A stretch of DNA of 64,000 nt, taken from assembly GCA_963662285.2 (NCBI GenBank), contig CAXXMV010000008.1, forward strand, positions 1,312,001 to 1,376,000, in the 5' to 3' direction. The stretch is from a bacterium. Its GTDB lineage: Bacteria; Hinthialibacterota; Hinthialibacteria; Hinthialibacterales; Hinthialibacteraceae. Shown here piece after piece: positions 49,570-58,929 of this stretch; the first letter of the stretch is position 1; each line of letters starts with the position of its first letter. The translations under genes were made by a program, and so were the position numbers. The notes beneath the pieces are model-generated. The model searched no databases. It saw only the letters and a list, made by a program, of their open reading frames with translations, and had not been told where the DNA came from.

Positions 49570-52329
49570 ATGAAACGCCTCTCAATATTTATCACATGTT
49601 TCGCATTACTTTTTCTTCTTATCTTGAACGACGTACGGTGCGATGAAAACCTTTACGGAAATATGGAACTGCTGCGCGACAGTTGGGGCGTTCCTCATGT
49701 ATTCGCAGCTACCGACCAAGGCGCCATGTACGGCCTGGGCTACGCCGCAGCCCAGGACCGCGGCTTCCAGATGTACTATTTCCTGCGCATAATTCAGGGA
49801 CGGATGAGCGAGGCGCTTGGCATCATCGATAAAAAGAAAACCAGCGGCGTCGGACAAAACAATACGCTGGAGCATGACCGGGTGATGCGTAATTTTGGAT
49901 TTGCATCAGCGGCGCAGAAAGTCATCAGCAACCTGGATGAAGAAACGCTTGGGCTGTTGGAGGCTTATAGCGCTGGCGTAAATGACTTTTTTGCCAAAAA
50001 CGCAGGCAATGAACATTATCTGTTCGAGCATACCGGGCTGCAACGCGAGACCTGGGAACCAGAAGACTGCATCCTGTCCTGGTGGCATTTCGCCCAGTTC
50101 TTCGCCAAGAACGGCCTGCGCGACCAGCCCAGTTTAACATCACCACCGTCTCCACAGGGACGGGGAGGCCGCATTGTAGTGGATGACGATGCGGCAGTGG
50201 TTCGGCTTGAGGACGTATCCGAAGAATGGATTGAGAAAGTCAACACCTGGGTGGCCGAGATGGGGATATCGCCCGGTATTCCAAAAGGACCGGAGACGCC
50301 TGATCCCAAGTTCAGCCATGCCTGGGTGATTGGCGGTGAGAAAACCACTACTGGAGCATCAGTGTTGGTCAGCGATCCCCAGACTCCGGTATGGAATCCC
50401 AGTATGCTCTACGAATTCCACGCTCAAGGCGCCACCTTCAATGCGCGTGGCGTCGGCGTAGCTGGCAGCCCGATTATTCTGATTGGATTTAATGAAGACG
50501 TCGCTTGGGGAGTAACAGCCCTGGGCGCCGATCAGGCGGATATTTTCATACTCAAAACTGATGACGATCATCCTAACCAATATCAAGTGGATGGAGAGCG
50601 GCTTGATATGACCACCCGGCAGGAGGTGATTAAGATCAAGGGTGAAGATCCGGTTGCAATGCCAATCCGTGAGACCATCTTCGGCCCTATTGTTTCCGAA
50701 TTCGTATGGCGCAATCCTGAAGGTCAGGAAGTGGCGCTGTGCCGGGTTCCCATGGCCGAAACTGACCGCGAAACCATTCAAGGCGCTCTGGGCATGATGC
50801 GCGCCCGCTCGTGCGACGAGTTCGCTGTAGCGCTGCCGGGTTGGAGGTTTCCTACAGCAAACTGCGTCTTCGGCGACAAAGAGGGAAACATCGGCTACTG
50901 GTCGCTGGGCGCCCTGCCCGTTAGGTCGAAATTGACTGGATATGATGGCGGACATGCGCAAGATGGCGGTACGCGTGATGGAATGTGGCGCGGCATGATT
51001 CCCTATGATATGCTGCCGCACTGCATAAATCCTGAACGCGGCTACCTGGTCAGCGCCAACCACCGGACCATTCAATCGTTCTACAAGGTTCCCTTCGGCA
51101 ACATGACGGGCAGTTCAGGAGACACCGACCGTGGACTCAGGATCAAAGAACAAATTCTGGAACATCTAAGCAAAGAGGATAAATTCACCCCACAAGATGT
51201 ACTGGATATTCATTATGATGCAGTGAACGTGTGGAAGCGCGAGATAATCCGCTTGGGATACAAAGTACTTAAGTCAACGCCTGATAAACTTTCGTCCAAC
51301 TCACAGCAGGCGCTTCGCTATCTTCAGAATTGGTATGAGAACGGCGCTGAAACTGATATGTCAGTCGCGGGAACAGAACTTGTAAACCTTATGAATGTTA
51401 TCTTCCGGGGTAACGTATCCCCATTGGTCAGCAAGTATGGTGGTGGAGTGGGTGGACTGGCTCGGTTCGCCAAGACGGTTCGGGCGCGGGACGCCGCTGA
51501 TCCAGACAGTGCAGTTCCTGATGATGAAACCATGTTTGTGGATATGGTGCTCAATCAGGCCTGGCAAAGAGCTCAAGCCAAATATGGACAGGACGCGGCA
51601 CAGTGGAACACGCTTGCCAGAGAAGCACAGTGCAACCAGAAAATGGGCTATATGGAGAGCCTTGACGGCTTCCCTTCTCTCGACGAAAAACACAATGTGA
51701 ACATGCCTTTACTGAAGACCATCGACGGCGCCACGGTTCTTTCGCAGCGGGCGCAATCATACACGCAATTTGTACCATTGCACAATGCCGATGAGTCGTT
51801 ATCCATACTGCCCATAGGAGCCTCGGATGATCCACGGAGCGCATACCGCTTCTCGACTTATAGCGACTGGTCGCAAGGCAGACTCCACCCGGCGCCGCTG
51901 TCGCGCAAGGCGGTAGACAAATTGGCGGTCTCTCAGGAAAACTTAAACCGTAACAAACAACAGACGCCTCAACGCAATGAGGGAAACAAACCGGATCGCA
52001 ATCGAATAAGTAATCCAGATAAACAAGAACCAACTGCCAAGCAGCCCCTGCCAGGCAAGAAACCTGATGACCCGACTTTGGAAATGGCCATTCGCTACAT
52101 GAATCGCAAGGAGCGAACCGGGCAGGAAATCAAAGATAAACTTGTAGAATTACAACAGTACATTGCAGACGACGCCGACCTGAAAACTGAATTAACCAGT
52201 GGTTTGGAATTGTTCATCCACTTGATGAGTGAATCACAGGCTGGTCGAATGCTGATACAATATGGGACGCCGGAGACGCTAAAACTGGTGGAAGCGTTTT
52301 ATGAGAAGTTGAAAAAGAAGAAGCGGTAA
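49570..52329 (+). CDS. Penicillin acylase family (Ntn hydrolase) with C-terminal extension
   Basis: RDSWGVPHV, GYAAAQDRGFQM, beta-chain start SHAWVIGG, SDPQ, GFNEDVAWG and VSANH. Confidence 0.88.
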   Translation: MKRLSIFITCFALLFLLILNDVRCDENLYGNMELLRDSWGVPHVFAATDQGAMYGLGYAAAQDRGFQMYYFLRIIQGRMSEALGIIDKKKTSGVGQNNTLEHDRVMRNFGFASAAQKVISNLDEETLGLLEAYSAGVNDFFAKNAGNEHYLFEHTGLQRETWEPEDCILSWWHFAQFFAKNGLRDQPSLTSPPSPQGRGGRIVVDDDAAVVRLEDVSEEWIEKVNTWVAEMGISPGIPKGPETPDPKFSHAWVIGGEKTTTGASVLVSDPQTPVWNPSMLYEFHAQGATFNARGVGVAGSPIILIGFNEDVAWGVTALGADQADIFILKTDDDHPNQYQVDGERLDMTTRQEVIKIKGEDPVAMPIRETIFGPIVSEFVWRNPEGQEVALCRVPMAETDRETIQGALGMMRARSCDEFAVALPGWRFPTANCVFGDKEGNIGYWSLGALPVRSKLTGYDGGHAQDGGTRDGMWRGMIPYDMLPHCINPERGYLVSANHRTIQSFYKVPFGNMTGSSGDTDRGLRIKEQILEHLSKEDKFTPQDVLDIHYDAVNVWKREIIRLGYKVLKSTPDKLSSNSQQALRYLQNWYENGAETDMSVAGTELVNLMNVIFRGNVSPLVSKYGGGVGGLARFAKTVRARDAADPDSAVPDDETMFVDMVLNQAWQRAQAKYGQDAAQWNTLAREAQCNQKMGYMESLDGFPSLDEKHNVNMPLLKTIDGATVLSQRAQSYTQFVPLHNADESLSILPIGASDDPRSAYRFSTYSDWSQGRLHPAPLSRKAVDKLAVSQENLNRNKQQTPQRNEGNKPDRNRISNPDKQEPTAKQPLPGKKPDDPTLEMAIRYMNRKERTGQEIKDKLVELQQYIADDADLKTELTSGLELFIHLMSESQAGRMLIQYGTPETLKLVEAFYEKLKKKKR

Positions 52330-52500
52330 TGATAAGTAGATATGGAAACCTCTTTTTATTGCTATATAGGATTCTATTTGTTAGGACTATCGTCTATTAT
52401 AAATTGTCTTATTTTGTAAATATTACCAGTATGCTAAGATTACAAATAGACTCTATAACCTGAGAACTGATCAGATAAATGCTAACAAGGAGACCGCCAG

Positions 52501-53076
52501 ATGAGCAACGCAGCCATTCCATGTTGGAATTCTCAAGGCGTCATTCCACCAATCAATCCATCAACACCCACAATGATGGACCGATCACCTTACATTGTTC
52601 AACTGACCGATATAGTTATGCATTTTGGGATTTCTTCTCAGCGCCTTAGCATATTAGCAAGTTTCCTGGATTATCGTTCAACTCTGCATAATGCAGGACT
52701 TATCAATGGATTCCAATGGGTAAATGGAAGTTTTCTTGAAAACATAGAAACAATAGACCAGCGCTCTCCCAATGATATTGATATAGTCACTTTTTTTTAT
52801 TTACCAGATGGTATAACGCAAATAAGTTTTGTTAGTCAATTACCAGATATTTTCAGGCATGATTTTACTAAACAAAAATATCATGTCGATTCCTATTTCG
52901 TTCCTTTGAATAGTGGATCGCCCGAAACTCTCGTAGAATTATCCACTTACTGGTACAGTATGTGGTCGCATCGACGGAATGAGCAATGGAAAGGCTATCT
53001 GCAGATTGATCTTGCCCCTACAGATGATCCGACCGCCAAAGCCAATCTAGATAATATGACGAGCCAGGGAGAATAG
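52501..53076 (+). CDS. Minimal Pol-beta-type nucleotidyltransferase-like protein (DUF6932-like)
   Basis: WNSQGVIPP N-terminus; FQWVNGSFLE...PNDIDIVTF (GS...DxD); third acidic residue in HVDSYF; WSHRR...WKGY. AGGAG RBS. Confidence 0.75.
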   Translation: MSNAAIPCWNSQGVIPPINPSTPTMMDRSPYIVQLTDIVMHFGISSQRLSILASFLDYRSTLHNAGLINGFQWVNGSFLENIETIDQRSPNDIDIVTFFYLPDGITQISFVSQLPDIFRHDFTKQKYHVDSYFVPLNSGSPETLVELSTYWYSMWSHRRNEQWKGYLQIDLAPTDDPTAKANLDNMTSQGE

Positions 53077-53078
53077 CC

Positions 53079-53999
53079 ATGAATCTTCAAGAGTTCCGTC
53101 ATCTTCAAGCCGAAAAAACAACTCTGGAAAAATTGATCGGCAAATTACCTGATTCCAGCGTCATTGAGCGAATGAGTTTGGAATCCCGAAAGAAGGAAGT
53201 TGAAAATAAACTGGATTCTCAGCCTGAACCACCTCTCGAACCAGTCCGGGCTAAACTGACATTTCGCGGCAAGCCGATCATTGGCAGCCATGGTATATTC
53301 GCCGAGTTCGGTGCGGCGGTTGTCAATATATTTGCTGAAACAGTAGCAAGCATCGGCGCAAGCCAGATTGAGCCGCTCGGTTTGCGCGGCGCAATTCCAA
53401 ACCGCGAAAACTTTCGACTATTAATAACAGGTACTGCGTTGGGATCTTTCGGATTTGAACTGGAAGAATCACCCAAGGATAACATGCTATTCTTACCAGG
53501 AATGTCGCCAATCGAAGCAGCCATTGATAAGGTAAAAACAATAATGGAAGCCACACTGGGAACTGATGATGATTTATCCGAGGTTATTTCCGATGCTGAT
53601 CCTCGAGCACTTGAAGAACTACGTACATTTCTAAAAACAATGGCTGATCATGAAGCCATTTGTACTCTTGAATTCAAGGATGAAATATTCAGGTTTTCTG
53701 ATGTAGGACAGGTTCGAAGAAGCGAACAACGACTAAGACAGGATAATATACACGAAGAAGATGTGACAATTACAGGATCATTTCAAGGAGTGCTACCCAA
53801 GCACCGTACGTTCGAGTTTCTTGTTTCAGAAACGAATGATGTCATTTCAGGCAAAATTGGCCCAGCAATCGAGAATGCAGGAGAAATAAACCATATCCTG
53901 GAAAAACCTTCCATAATCAATGTTCATACAAAACGAGTTGGTAAAAGCAATCCTCGATATATCCTATTCAAATACAAAGAAGCGGCGCTACAGAGTTAG
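53079..53999 (+). CDS. Hypothetical protein co-operonic with the nucleotidyltransferase
   Basis: 306-aa ORF starting 2 nt after the upstream stop, GGGAGA RBS; N-terminal helical hairpin and TALGSFGFELEE core. Confidence 0.8.
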   Translation: MNLQEFRHLQAEKTTLEKLIGKLPDSSVIERMSLESRKKEVENKLDSQPEPPLEPVRAKLTFRGKPIIGSHGIFAEFGAAVVNIFAETVASIGASQIEPLGLRGAIPNRENFRLLITGTALGSFGFELEESPKDNMLFLPGMSPIEAAIDKVKTIMEATLGTDDDLSEVISDADPRALEELRTFLKTMADHEAICTLEFKDEIFRFSDVGQVRRSEQRLRQDNIHEEDVTITGSFQGVLPKHRTFEFLVSETNDVISGKIGPAIENAGEINHILEKPSIINVHTKRVGKSNPRYILFKYKEAALQS

Positions 54000-54055
54000 C
54001 TAATTGTTAAGATAACCAATTGTATCCCCGTCATTCTTCTTACGCAGGACTTGAT

Positions 54056-55699
54056 TCACAAATCCATTGGTTGCCATTGAACGCCTGCCTGTCCTAGCAG
54101 GGTTCCTGTAGAGAGAGCAATATTGACTTGGGCTATCTGATAATCGATCAGGGCGCGTACTTCGCTCAGTTGGGCGGTTGCTAATCTTCCTGCAGCCAGT
54201 AAGACGTCTGTACTGGTTCGCACGCCTTGTTCAAATTGTTTGCGTTCCGCCTGGTAGGTGCGGGCGGCGAATAACACATCCTGACGTGAGGCCAGGATGC
54301 GCTGCCAGTTTTGCTCTAGTAGATCTATCGCGTTAAGCACTTCCTGTTCGATTAACTGGCTTCGTTGTTCTTTGGAAGCCAGTCGCTGAGTCAGCGCCAG
54401 TTTGGCGTAGCGCAAGCGGGCATTGGCGGCTTTGTTGCCCAGGGGGATTTCACCCTGCAAACCCAGGCTCCAATCAGTGAATTCTCCACTGCGAATGTCG
54501 TCAAAGGATTTTCCAAAACTGTTGCCCAATCCATTAATGTTAATGGTTGACTCAACGCCCAGGCCGGGTAATCGGGCGTTTTTGGAAGCATCGATCAAAC
54601 TTTGATCAATGGCTGTTTGCAATTCAAGACCGAACATTTCCATGCGGTTGTTAATGGCAAATGCTACGAGTTCCTTGGGATCAAGCTGGATTTTTAGCGG
54701 CGTAGGGTCTGTTTGAGGCAGGATGCCGGTGATTGAATCCAAGGGCAAGTCATCGCGGTTCATGATTCGTTTGAGGTCGCGTTCATAAAGACGTAATCCG
54801 GTTAAAGCGAGAATGATTCCTTCACGTCGAGCCGCGACTCCTGATTCGGCGCGGATGATTTCCACCTGAGGCGCGGCGCCGGATTCCACCCGTAGTTGCG
54901 CTTCCGCCAGTTGACGTTCGGCCAGTTGATACTGTTGTTGACTGACAAATAATTCCTGCGATGCGCCGTATACTCTCCAGTATGCGCAATCGGCATCAGC
55001 CAGAATGCGAATGGCTTGTAGTTTGGTTTGCGCTTCGCTCATTTTTTCTTGCAACCGCGCTACACGGATGGAATGAGTATTAGTTTTCATTCCAGCGCCG
55101 CGCAGCAAGGGCTGTGATATAGTAAAGCGTAGATCGCTTTCAAAAGATGGATTGAGGATACTGAATTGATTGTCGTTGTCATATCTGCCATTGGGCTGAC
55201 GGAGAGTGATGTTGCCGCCAGTCGGCAATGGTTGGCGCAGGCCTATTTCGAAATATGTATTAGATGATTTTGCGGTATCCAACTGTGATGCGGTCGGGGA
55301 GGTTGAGTCGCTGTACTGAATTCCGCCGAAGAAGGCCGCTTCGAATTTTGCCCGCCCTTCTAAATATTGTTGTTGGGCGAGAGAGGGATTGACCAGATCA
55401 ACTTTGAGTTGCAGATTGTTGGATAGCGCTGCAGCCCGGATATCGGCCAGTGATAAACCAATGCAATCCTGATTGTTCTCATTTTCCAGCAGAACTGTTG
55501 TATATTGTTCAGCAGCTTGATCAATGGAAATTGGTTCAGTTTTTGATAATGCCTCTAAATTTACTGTGTCAATTTGACTGGAGTCAACATTGAGCAGGGC
55601 TTGATGCTCCGGCCCGGTCTCTCTGATAAATTGCTGCATACAACCGCTTAGAGTTGTTACGATAATAACAAGTAATATGAGTTTAGATTGAGTCTTCAT
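54056..55699 (-). CDS. TolC-family outer-membrane efflux lipoprotein
   Basis: Lipobox LSGC; two OEP repeats (AALSNNLQL, QPLLRGAG, AINNRME, QFEQGVRTSTDVL). Confidence 0.88.
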   Translation of the reverse strand: MKTQSKLILLVIIVTTLSGCMQQFIRETGPEHQALLNVDSSQIDTVNLEALSKTEPISIDQAAEQYTTVLLENENNQDCIGLSLADIRAAALSNNLQLKVDLVNPSLAQQQYLEGRAKFEAAFFGGIQYSDSTSPTASQLDTAKSSNTYFEIGLRQPLPTGGNITLRQPNGRYDNDNQFSILNPSFESDLRFTISQPLLRGAGMKTNTHSIRVARLQEKMSEAQTKLQAIRILADADCAYWRVYGASQELFVSQQQYQLAERQLAEAQLRVESGAAPQVEIIRAESGVAARREGIILALTGLRLYERDLKRIMNRDDLPLDSITGILPQTDPTPLKIQLDPKELVAFAINNRMEMFGLELQTAIDQSLIDASKNARLPGLGVESTININGLGNSFGKSFDDIRSGEFTDWSLGLQGEIPLGNKAANARLRYAKLALTQRLASKEQRSQLIEQEVLNAIDLLEQNWQRILASRQDVLFAARTYQAERKQFEQGVRTSTDVLLAAGRLATAQLSEVRALIDYQIAQVNIALSTGTLLGQAGVQWQPMDL

Positions 55700-56472
55700 T
55701 ATTCTTTGCCTTCCAGTTCCGACGGTTGCATTTCGTTGCGCATAACGCCATCCCACAGGTTGATGATTCGTTTGCTATATGCAGCATTTCGTTCTGAGTG
55801 AGTGACCTGTACTATAGTGGTTCCTTCTTTATTCAAGCGGGAGAAGAGTTCCATGATTTCTTCGCCTTGTTTGGTGTGCAGGTTGCCGGTTGGCTCATCG
55901 GCTAGTATCAGTTTGGGATTGGATATAACCGCGCGCGCCACGGCGACCAGTTGCTGTTGCCCGCCTGATAGTTGACTGGGGAACAGGTCTTTCTTACCGA
56001 CGATGCCGAATCGATCAAGCGTATCGCATACAATCGCCGCGCGTTCGGACGACTTGATATTACGGTAAGAAAGTGGAGTATCCAGGTTTTCATAGACAGT
56101 GAGTGAATCGAGCAGATGGAAACTTTGGAATACGAAACCGATGGTTTGCTTATTAAGTTCATTGCGGTCTTTGGGCTTGAGATTATGAACCGCATTACCT
56201 AACAAGTGATATTCGCCAGTCCAGTCGGTATCCAACATCCCCATAATGTGCAATAGGGTGGATTTCCCGGCGCCGGATGGCCCCATGATAGTGATGAAAT
56301 CGCCTTGTTCGATATCTAAATTGATTTTTTGCAGGATAGATGTTTTGCCCGCTTTGTTCTGATAGAATTTCTCTATGTTGCGCATACTTATCAGCGGACC
56401 GTCATTCTGCAATAAGCAACCAAGATCAGTTTGGTCTTGATTTTTTGGTTCGGATTTTGATTTAAAAAACAT
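55699..56472 (-). CDS. ABC ATP-binding protein (MacB/LolD type)
   Basis: Walker A GPSGAGKST, signature LSGGQQQ, ILADEPTGNL, and VTH. Confidence 0.95.
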   Translation of the reverse strand: MFFKSKSEPKNQDQTDLGCLLQNDGPLISMRNIEKFYQNKAGKTSILQKINLDIEQGDFITIMGPSGAGKSTLLHIMGMLDTDWTGEYHLLGNAVHNLKPKDRNELNKQTIGFVFQSFHLLDSLTVYENLDTPLSYRNIKSSERAAIVCDTLDRFGIVGKKDLFPSQLSGGQQQLVAVARAVISNPKLILADEPTGNLHTKQGEEIMELFSRLNKEGTTIVQVTHSERNAAYSKRIINLWDGVMRNEMQPSELEGKE

Positions 56473-56484
56473 GGTTACAACTCC

Positions 56485-58905
56485 TTATTCACTACGTAGG
56501 ATAATCATGGGATCGGTTTTAGCGGCGCGCCATGCTGGCAGATAACAGGCCAGCAAGGCGATTCCCAGAAGAATTAACGGGACAATAATAAAAGTTAATG
56601 GATCAGTGGCGGTCATTTGATATAACATTCCCGCCATCAAACGGGTTACGGCATAAGAACCGAACAAGCCGATTATCAAACCAATAATAGTTAAGATAAA
56701 ACCTTTTCTTACAATCAGGAATATGATGTTATGTACCTGGGCGCCGAGCGTCATGCGGATGCCGATTTCGTGGGTTCGTTCCTGAACCGCGAACGACATT
56801 ACGCTATAGATGCCTATAATGGCCAGCAGAAAAGCCACCACCGCCATTACCGAAAGCAGAATCATACAGAAGCGCTGCACCGAGATTGATGCGTTTACTA
56901 CATTGTTCATACTTTGAATCCACAGGATCGGTTGATTGGGATCGACATCCCAAATCTCACGCCGCAAGGCAGGCGCCAAGGCCATAGGATCGCCTTTGGT
57001 TTTGACCATCAGGGTCATCATGCGGCGGCTATCTTGATTCATGTTCTTGTACATAAATGGATTGAAGCCAATGGCGTTTAAGGCGCGGAGTTTCACGTTC
57101 CCAACGACTCCGATAATTTCCTGCAATTCTCCGTTGAGGCGTATTCGTCTACCCAAAGGTTCTTCATTGGGAGTAAATCTATCGACAAATTCCTGATTCA
57201 CTATCACAACCGGTTTGCTTTCAGCTGTGTCGCTTTGGTTGAAATATCGCCCTTTAATCAAGGGGATGCCCATGGTTGGAAAATATTCATTGGAGATAGA
57301 ACGATACTCCGCGCTGGTTCCTTGTCCGGGAGGCAACGGTTTCCCCTCGAAATGAAATCCATTATTGGAATTACTGGGCGTTAATGGATGAACATTGATT
57401 GCGGCGACTGATTTCACTCCAGGCAATGTGGAAACATTATTGATTAATTTATTATAAAAACTTACGCGAACTTTACTGTCCTGGTTTCGTTCAGAGTCGG
57501 GAAGTTCCATGTGAGCCGCCAATACATGGTTGGCATCAAATCCCGGTTTTATTTGCTGTAAATTATAAAAACTCTTGATTAATAGACCTGCTCCCATGAG
57601 GATTATCAAAGCTAAAGCTACTTCAGAAACCACTAATCCATTGAGCAGGCGGTGCCGGGATGAACCAAACGATGTGCCCCGTCCACTGTCTTTCAGGGTT
57701 TCATTAATTTTGGTTTTAGAAATTTGCCAGGCGGGCACAGCGCCAAACAGCAGCCCACTGATCATGGATAGAATCAAGGTGAATATGAGAATGGTTGAGT
57801 CGATGCCGATTTCATCGAATCCGGGGATTCCGGTGCTTCCCGTTTCGATGCCATGAGGCGCCAGATACCGTAATGCATCCAAACCCCACAAGGCGAACAT
57901 CAATCCCAGGCAGCCGCCCATGATGGACAAGATAACGCTCTCGGTAATAACCTGACGAAAAATCCTGAACCTGCCAGCGCCTAACGCGCTGCGGATAGCA
58001 ATCTCTTTGTTTCTCGAACTGGCTTTGGCTAAGAGAAGATTGGCGACATTGACGCAGGCAATCAACAGTAGAAAACCTACCGCCCCATAAAGCACCAGAA
58101 AAGCTGTTCTGACTTCCTCGACCAGCATTTCCTGCAATGGCCTAATGGCAATTCCCTTGTTGGTGTTGGAGTCGGGATATAATTCACTCAGACGGCTGGC
58201 GATCATATTCATTTCCGCCAGGGCTTGTTGTAATGAAACCCCGTCATTTAAGCGACCAATTATGCCATAGAAATGAGAACTACGATTTTGTTGGAGTTTA
58301 TCTATCCTTAATGTAGTGTATACCTGAGCCATCTCTTCGATGAAACCCATCATGGGCGGCGCCACGCCAACAACAGTATGCGGCTCTTCGTTAATGATGA
58401 TCTTCTGGTTAATGATATCTTTATCAGAATCGAAAAGGTTTTGCCAAAGTTTATGGCTCAATACTATGACGCGATTACCCGACTGAGATTCTTCGGGCAG
58501 GAAACTGCGTCCTAATGTCATCTTATCCAGGGTTGCAGTAAAAAAATTGGTTGATACTTCCACACCAACCAAGGCCTTTGGTTCACCTAAGCCGGTCAAA
58601 CTGAAATGGCAATCCATATTCATAGCGGCCAAATTTTCGAAAACCGTGTTTTGCTCAACCCAGTCGAGGTAATCCGGCCCAGAGCAAGTGCCACGGTCTC
58701 CTGAACTCCAACGCGACTGAATCCACATTATTTCTTCGGGTTCTGCGAAAGGCAGAGGACTGAGCAGAACATTATAAATCAGGCTGAACAGCGCCGTGTT
58801 GGCGCCGATGCCAATGGCCAAAGCCAATACGGCGAAAATGGTAACGCTGGGATATTTCCATAACATGCGAAAACCGAAACGTATATCCTGTGTTAAAGAT
58901 GACAT
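56485..58905 (-). CDS. MacB-like duplicated ABC permease (ADOP-type), copy 1
   Basis: LAIGIGANTALF, LIACVNVANLLL, EIAIRSALGA, EIGIRMTLGA and PAWRAAKTDP. Confidence 0.92.
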   Translation of the reverse strand: MSSLTQDIRFGFRMLWKYPSVTIFAVLALAIGIGANTALFSLIYNVLLSPLPFAEPEEIMWIQSRWSSGDRGTCSGPDYLDWVEQNTVFENLAAMNMDCHFSLTGLGEPKALVGVEVSTNFFTATLDKMTLGRSFLPEESQSGNRVIVLSHKLWQNLFDSDKDIINQKIIINEEPHTVVGVAPPMMGFIEEMAQVYTTLRIDKLQQNRSSHFYGIIGRLNDGVSLQQALAEMNMIASRLSELYPDSNTNKGIAIRPLQEMLVEEVRTAFLVLYGAVGFLLLIACVNVANLLLAKASSRNKEIAIRSALGAGRFRIFRQVITESVILSIMGGCLGLMFALWGLDALRYLAPHGIETGSTGIPGFDEIGIDSTILIFTLILSMISGLLFGAVPAWQISKTKINETLKDSGRGTSFGSSRHRLLNGLVVSEVALALIILMGAGLLIKSFYNLQQIKPGFDANHVLAAHMELPDSERNQDSKVRVSFYNKLINNVSTLPGVKSVAAINVHPLTPSNSNNGFHFEGKPLPPGQGTSAEYRSISNEYFPTMGIPLIKGRYFNQSDTAESKPVVIVNQEFVDRFTPNEEPLGRRIRLNGELQEIIGVVGNVKLRALNAIGFNPFMYKNMNQDSRRMMTLMVKTKGDPMALAPALRREIWDVDPNQPILWIQSMNNVVNASISVQRFCMILLSVMAVVAFLLAIIGIYSVMSFAVQERTHEIGIRMTLGAQVHNIIFLIVRKGFILTIIGLIIGLFGSYAVTRLMAGMLYQMTATDPLTFIIVPLILLGIALLACYLPAWRAAKTDPMIILRSE

Positions 58906-58929
58906 TTGATACCCTCCAAGAAAGATTCT

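Noticed and set aside
52379-54025. NTase pair as an integron cassette (GTTAG-like words at both sides)
   Set aside because: No attC-like palindrome with properly paired R boxes.
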